Origin: Planctomycetota bacterium | GTDB taxonomy: Bacteria > Planctomycetota > B15-G4 > JADJEK01 | NCBI GenBank assembly: GCA_044225365.1 | Contig: JBGAIQ010000011.1 | Location: 84,782 to 148,781, forward strand | Length of the DNA: 64,000 bases | Direction of reading: 5' to 3' | Shown: positions 60,968 through 64,000 of the stretch, in pieces | How positions within the stretch are numbered: the stretch's first letter is position 1 | Layout of the letters: each line of letters starts with the position of its first letter | Notes under the pieces: generated by a model | What the model was told of the DNA's origin: nothing | Databases searched by the model: none | What the model saw: the letters and a program-made list of their open reading frames with translations, nothing else | Made by a program: the position numbers and the translations under genes

Positions 60968-63900
60968 TTATTTCTGCGCATCGCAGCTCGAACTGCTGAC
61001 CTTGTGAGTCCAGCATTTTTTAAATCGAAGCTTGAGGTGTGGTGGAGAGACCGGGGGATCGAAAGAGTCGATAATCGTTTTCCCGGCATCCGTGAGGTCG
61101 AGAATGTTACAGCACTTCATCGTATATGTTACTGTTTGGCCCTTTGCCTTTCCGCCAGGACAGGTGGAATTGGCTACCTCGCAATCCTTGATTTCCTTCT
61201 TTATCTTCTGGCAGACAATCCCGGCTGAAGCACCGGTCGGAAAATGTACAAGACCGGACGAAGAATCGATCAGCCCACCTACAGGATCGTTCGATGCGTG
61301 GAGTTGGCAATGACAATGATCGTTACACCAGAAACTGAAGTCGGCGGCAAGAAATGTATATGGTCCTTTATCTATCACAACGTGTTCGGGCCAGTTCAAC
61401 CAATACCCTTCTGTTAGGCCGAAGGGATCTGTGTGTGCGACCGGTGAGCCGCCCATGACTTCTAAGAGATTCAAACCATCGACATATTCGAGCGGATCCC
61501 TTCTAGTCCACCCTCCAAGGGCCTCGTCGCGAACTCTATTTCGATGGTCGAGTAGACGCGAATCTGCCAGCGCGACCACGCCTTCGTAGAACGTTCGATT
61601 GCCGCACAAGGTATTCGCTACACGCCCCAACGTAGCAGCGGTCGCGTTGGACGCGTCCGTACCATCTATGGTCCCGTTCATGTCAACATCGCATCTTACG
61701 TCGTAGCCAGCCGTCCAGCCACTAATTACAGTGAGATCTACGGCATTTGTCTCTCCGTTACTATCGGTGTCTCCCCTTGGCAGCCCGAACGGCACTCCGT
61801 ACGCACTGTACTTCACCCACTCAATCATCGCGCCGCCGCTCGACACGATCGCGCTGACGTCGGCCCGCCAGTTCTGGCAGTAGTAGATCCGGATCTCGCA
61901 CGTTCCATCGCTTGCGCTTGTCCATGAACTCGATTCGTCGCGCTCCCGGCACACGAGGAGGTCGACGTACGAGCTTCCGCCCATTCCGTCCGCGCCCGCT
62001 TGATGCGGGACGAATTCTTCCTTCGGTCCCGAGTCCGTCTCGCGGAACGTCGACAGATGCCGCCACCGCTCGTCGTACATCAGGTAGTACCACTTGTCCG
62101 ACGAGTCGACGTCGAGGTCGGCGTCTGTGTCCTCGTGCTGCGCCGTCCTGAATCCGAGCCCGTTGTACTTGTATTCGGCGACCACCGCGCTGTTGCTTGT
62201 CTTCTTGATGTAGCGCAGGCGACCCCACCCGTCGTAAACGTACTTGTAGTTCTCGGCGTCGTCGGTCAGGTTGCCGTCGGCATCGTAAGTCAGCGAATAG
62301 TTGTTCGACGCGTTGGAATCCGTGTCGCGAGCGTTCAACTGGTTCACGGCGTCGTGGGTACGGGTGTCGTCGTGCTCGTTCGTGTCGACGAAGTCGCCGT
62401 CGCCATTGAGGTCGAGCTTTTCGCGATCCCAGTTGCCCGTGTGCGAGAGCGTCCACTGCTGGTCTCGAGTTCGGGACGTGAGCGTCAACGGCCCCGTGTT
62501 CCACGTTCCTTCTTCGGCTCTCGTCACGCGGTCAAGGTCGTCCATGGTGTACTGGACGTCGAACCCGGTTTGGACCTTGTCATCGACGACCGTCGGATTG
62601 TTCGTGCGATCCCAGGTGATCGCGACATCGTAGAATTCCTTCGAGATCGAGTCCTTCGTCCAACGGCTCTCAATAACGCGATTGAATCGATCGAGGGCGT
62701 CGTAAACGCCAGAAGTCGACTTGTGCAGTTTGCTCGACACCCCGGGTTCCGGATACGTCGTTCCAACGACCATTCCCGCCCCGTTGTACTCGTACTGCGC
62801 GAGGATCTGTGCGCCTTGCTTCAAGTCCGTGACGCGGCTCATCGCGTCGTCGAGCGAACTCGACGAGCTGTACTCGTAGTTGATCGTCTGGCCCGAAGGC
62901 ATCGTCATCGAGGTCTTGCGCACCGAGTTGCGGCCGGTCGTGGACTTCGCGTAAGCATAGCTCACGGCGTACTTGTTGTCTGGGGACGCGCCGACCGCCG
63001 AGTCTCGATCGTACTGGAAGTCGGAGATGTTGCCCCAGGAGTCGTAGAGATACTTCACCTCGTCGACGACGTTTCCTGCTGACGTCGCGTCGTATTGCGT
63101 GACCAGTTGAGGCCTTCCGTCGCTCTGGTAGGTCGATTCGATGCGCCTTACCGCGGTGTCGAACCCTGAGATGTTCGTCGACCAGACGTCCTTCGTCTGC
63201 CGGCCCAGGTCGTCCATCGTGTAGTCGTGGACGTTTCCGGCTTGATCGAGCTTGTAGGTCATCTGACCCTGAGCGTTGTAGGCGTACGTCACGACATCGC
63301 CCCCGCCGTCGGGGTACGTCACCGTGTGGAGCAAGTGGCCGCTCGAGATCTTCGAATCGCCGGCACTTGCCCCCTTCGTGACGCCGTAGGCGTAGGTCGT
63401 ATCCTGCGAGCCTCCGCCCGGCAGCATCGCCTTTAGCTTCGTCATATTGCCGTCGGTGTACTCCCAAGCCGTCGTGACGTTGTCGTCCGTCCCGTAGGGA
63501 TTGCCGGAGTTGACGCCCGAGTTGTAGTTCCGAATCTCCTTCGTCTTTCGACCCATGGCGTCATAGGTGTACTTCGTGACGCGACCCTTCGGGTCGGTCA
63601 CCGTGTCGACCGTGCCGTCGGTGTTGTAGGTCGTAGAACTCCCGAGGATCACGTCCGTACTGCCAGGTGCCGAGCCCGCGGACCCGCGGTCGTAGTCGCT
63701 GCCGTTGTTCGTTCCGAATGCGACCTTGTTCGTCGGCCGATCGAGGTTTGCGTCGTACCATGTGCCGACGATGTTGGCGCGGCCCTTGGTCTGAGCCGCC
63801 TGATCGTTCCGCCGATCGTTGTCGGCGTTGGTGTCGAGAGCGCCCGTCGTCTGACCGCCGCCAACGTCATCATGGAACCGCGAGATCGTGGTTTCGAGCT

Positions 63901-64000
63901 CCAGCAGACCGCTCGTCGGGTTGTACCCGCGGACTTGCTGTTCCACCACGACGTCTCCGGTCACGGTCGAAACGTCGGAATACGAAGCGTCGTTGTCGGT
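60968..64000 (-). CDS. Rhs/YD-repeat protein with variable C-terminal domain (3' part; starts beyond the window)
   Basis: YD repeats (YTYDAMGR, YDADGNL, YDGWGRL), YSAYG, RRDPLEYVDGLNL, PVAHTDPFG; frame is open to 64000. Confidence 0.93.
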   Translation of the reverse strand, partial: TDNDASYSDVSTVTGDVVVEQQVRGYNPTSGLLELETTISRFHDDVGGGQTTGALDTNADNDRRNDQAAQTKGRANIVGTWYDANLDRPTNKVAFGTNNGSDYDRGSAGSAPGSTDVILGSSTTYNTDGTVDTVTDPKGRVTKYTYDAMGRKTKEIRNYNSGVNSGNPYGTDDNVTTAWEYTDGNMTKLKAMLPGGGSQDTTYAYGVTKGASAGDSKISSGHLLHTVTYPDGGGDVVTYAYNAQGQMTYKLDQAGNVHDYTMDDLGRQTKDVWSTNISGFDTAVRRIESTYQSDGRPQLVTQYDATSAGNVVDEVKYLYDSWGNISDFQYDRDSAVGASPDNKYAVSYAYAKSTTGRNSVRKTSMTMPSGQTINYEYSSSSSLDDAMSRVTDLKQGAQILAQYEYNGAGMVVGTTYPEPGVSSKLHKSTSGVYDALDRFNRVIESRWTKDSISKEFYDVAITWDRTNNPTVVDDKVQTGFDVQYTMDDLDRVTRAEEGTWNTGPLTLTSRTRDQQWTLSHTGNWDREKLDLNGDGDFVDTNEHDDTRTHDAVNQLNARDTDSNASNNYSLTYDADGNLTDDAENYKYVYDGWGRLRYIKKTSNSAVVAEYKYNGLGFRTAQHEDTDADLDVDSSDKWYYLMYDERWRHLSTFRETDSGPKEEFVPHQAGADGMGGSSYVDLLVCRERDESSSWTSASDGTCEIRIYYCQNWRADVSAIVSSGGAMIEWVKYSAYGVPFGLPRGDTDSNGETNAVDLTVISGWTAGYDVRCDVDMNGTIDGTDASNATAATLGRVANTLCGNRTFYEGVVALADSRLLDHRNRVRDEALGGWTRRDPLEYVDGLNLLEVMGGSPVAHTDPFGLTEGYWLNWPEHVVIDKGPYTFLAADFSFWCNDHCHCQLHASNDPVGGLIDSSSGLVHFPTGASAGIVCQKIKKEIKDCEVANSTCPGGKAKGQTVTYTMKCCNILDLTDAGKTIIDSFDPPVSPPHLKLRFKKCWTHKVSSSSCDAQK

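Overview
GC-rich bacterial chromosome segment. Gene content (DUF1501/DUF1800 pair, DUF1080 propeller protein, ECF42 sigma, Ser/Thr kinase-FGE fusion, dockerin-bearing Rhs) suggests a Planctomycetota-like organism; this is an inference. Positions 1-55.2 kb are core and accessory genes: nrdA with tandem NrdR boxes, two histidine kinases, ggt, an ABC/M1-peptidase module, an HhH-clostripain protein, tandem DUF4139 genes, a double kinase-FGE operon, mdh, a YciI-ECF42-VOC locus, pepQ-ackA-xfp, ispG and kdsB-pyrG. From about 55.25 kb onward lies a mobile island: a possible tRNA-Ser-like att remnant, a HigBA-type TA pair, an rve transposase, an IS1111-type IS110 element inserted in an IS256 remnant, and an Rhs gene. 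The two best leads are (i) a translationally coupled three-gene operon encoding a BtaA/DUF3419-like aminocarboxypropyl transferase, a heme-oxygenase-like diiron enzyme and a GNAT-like protein, a candidate undescribed biosynthetic pathway; and (ii) the IS110 element, whose ends, empty target site and putative bridge-RNA guide segments can be read from the sequence. All family assignments come from motif recognition by eye; no searches were run.
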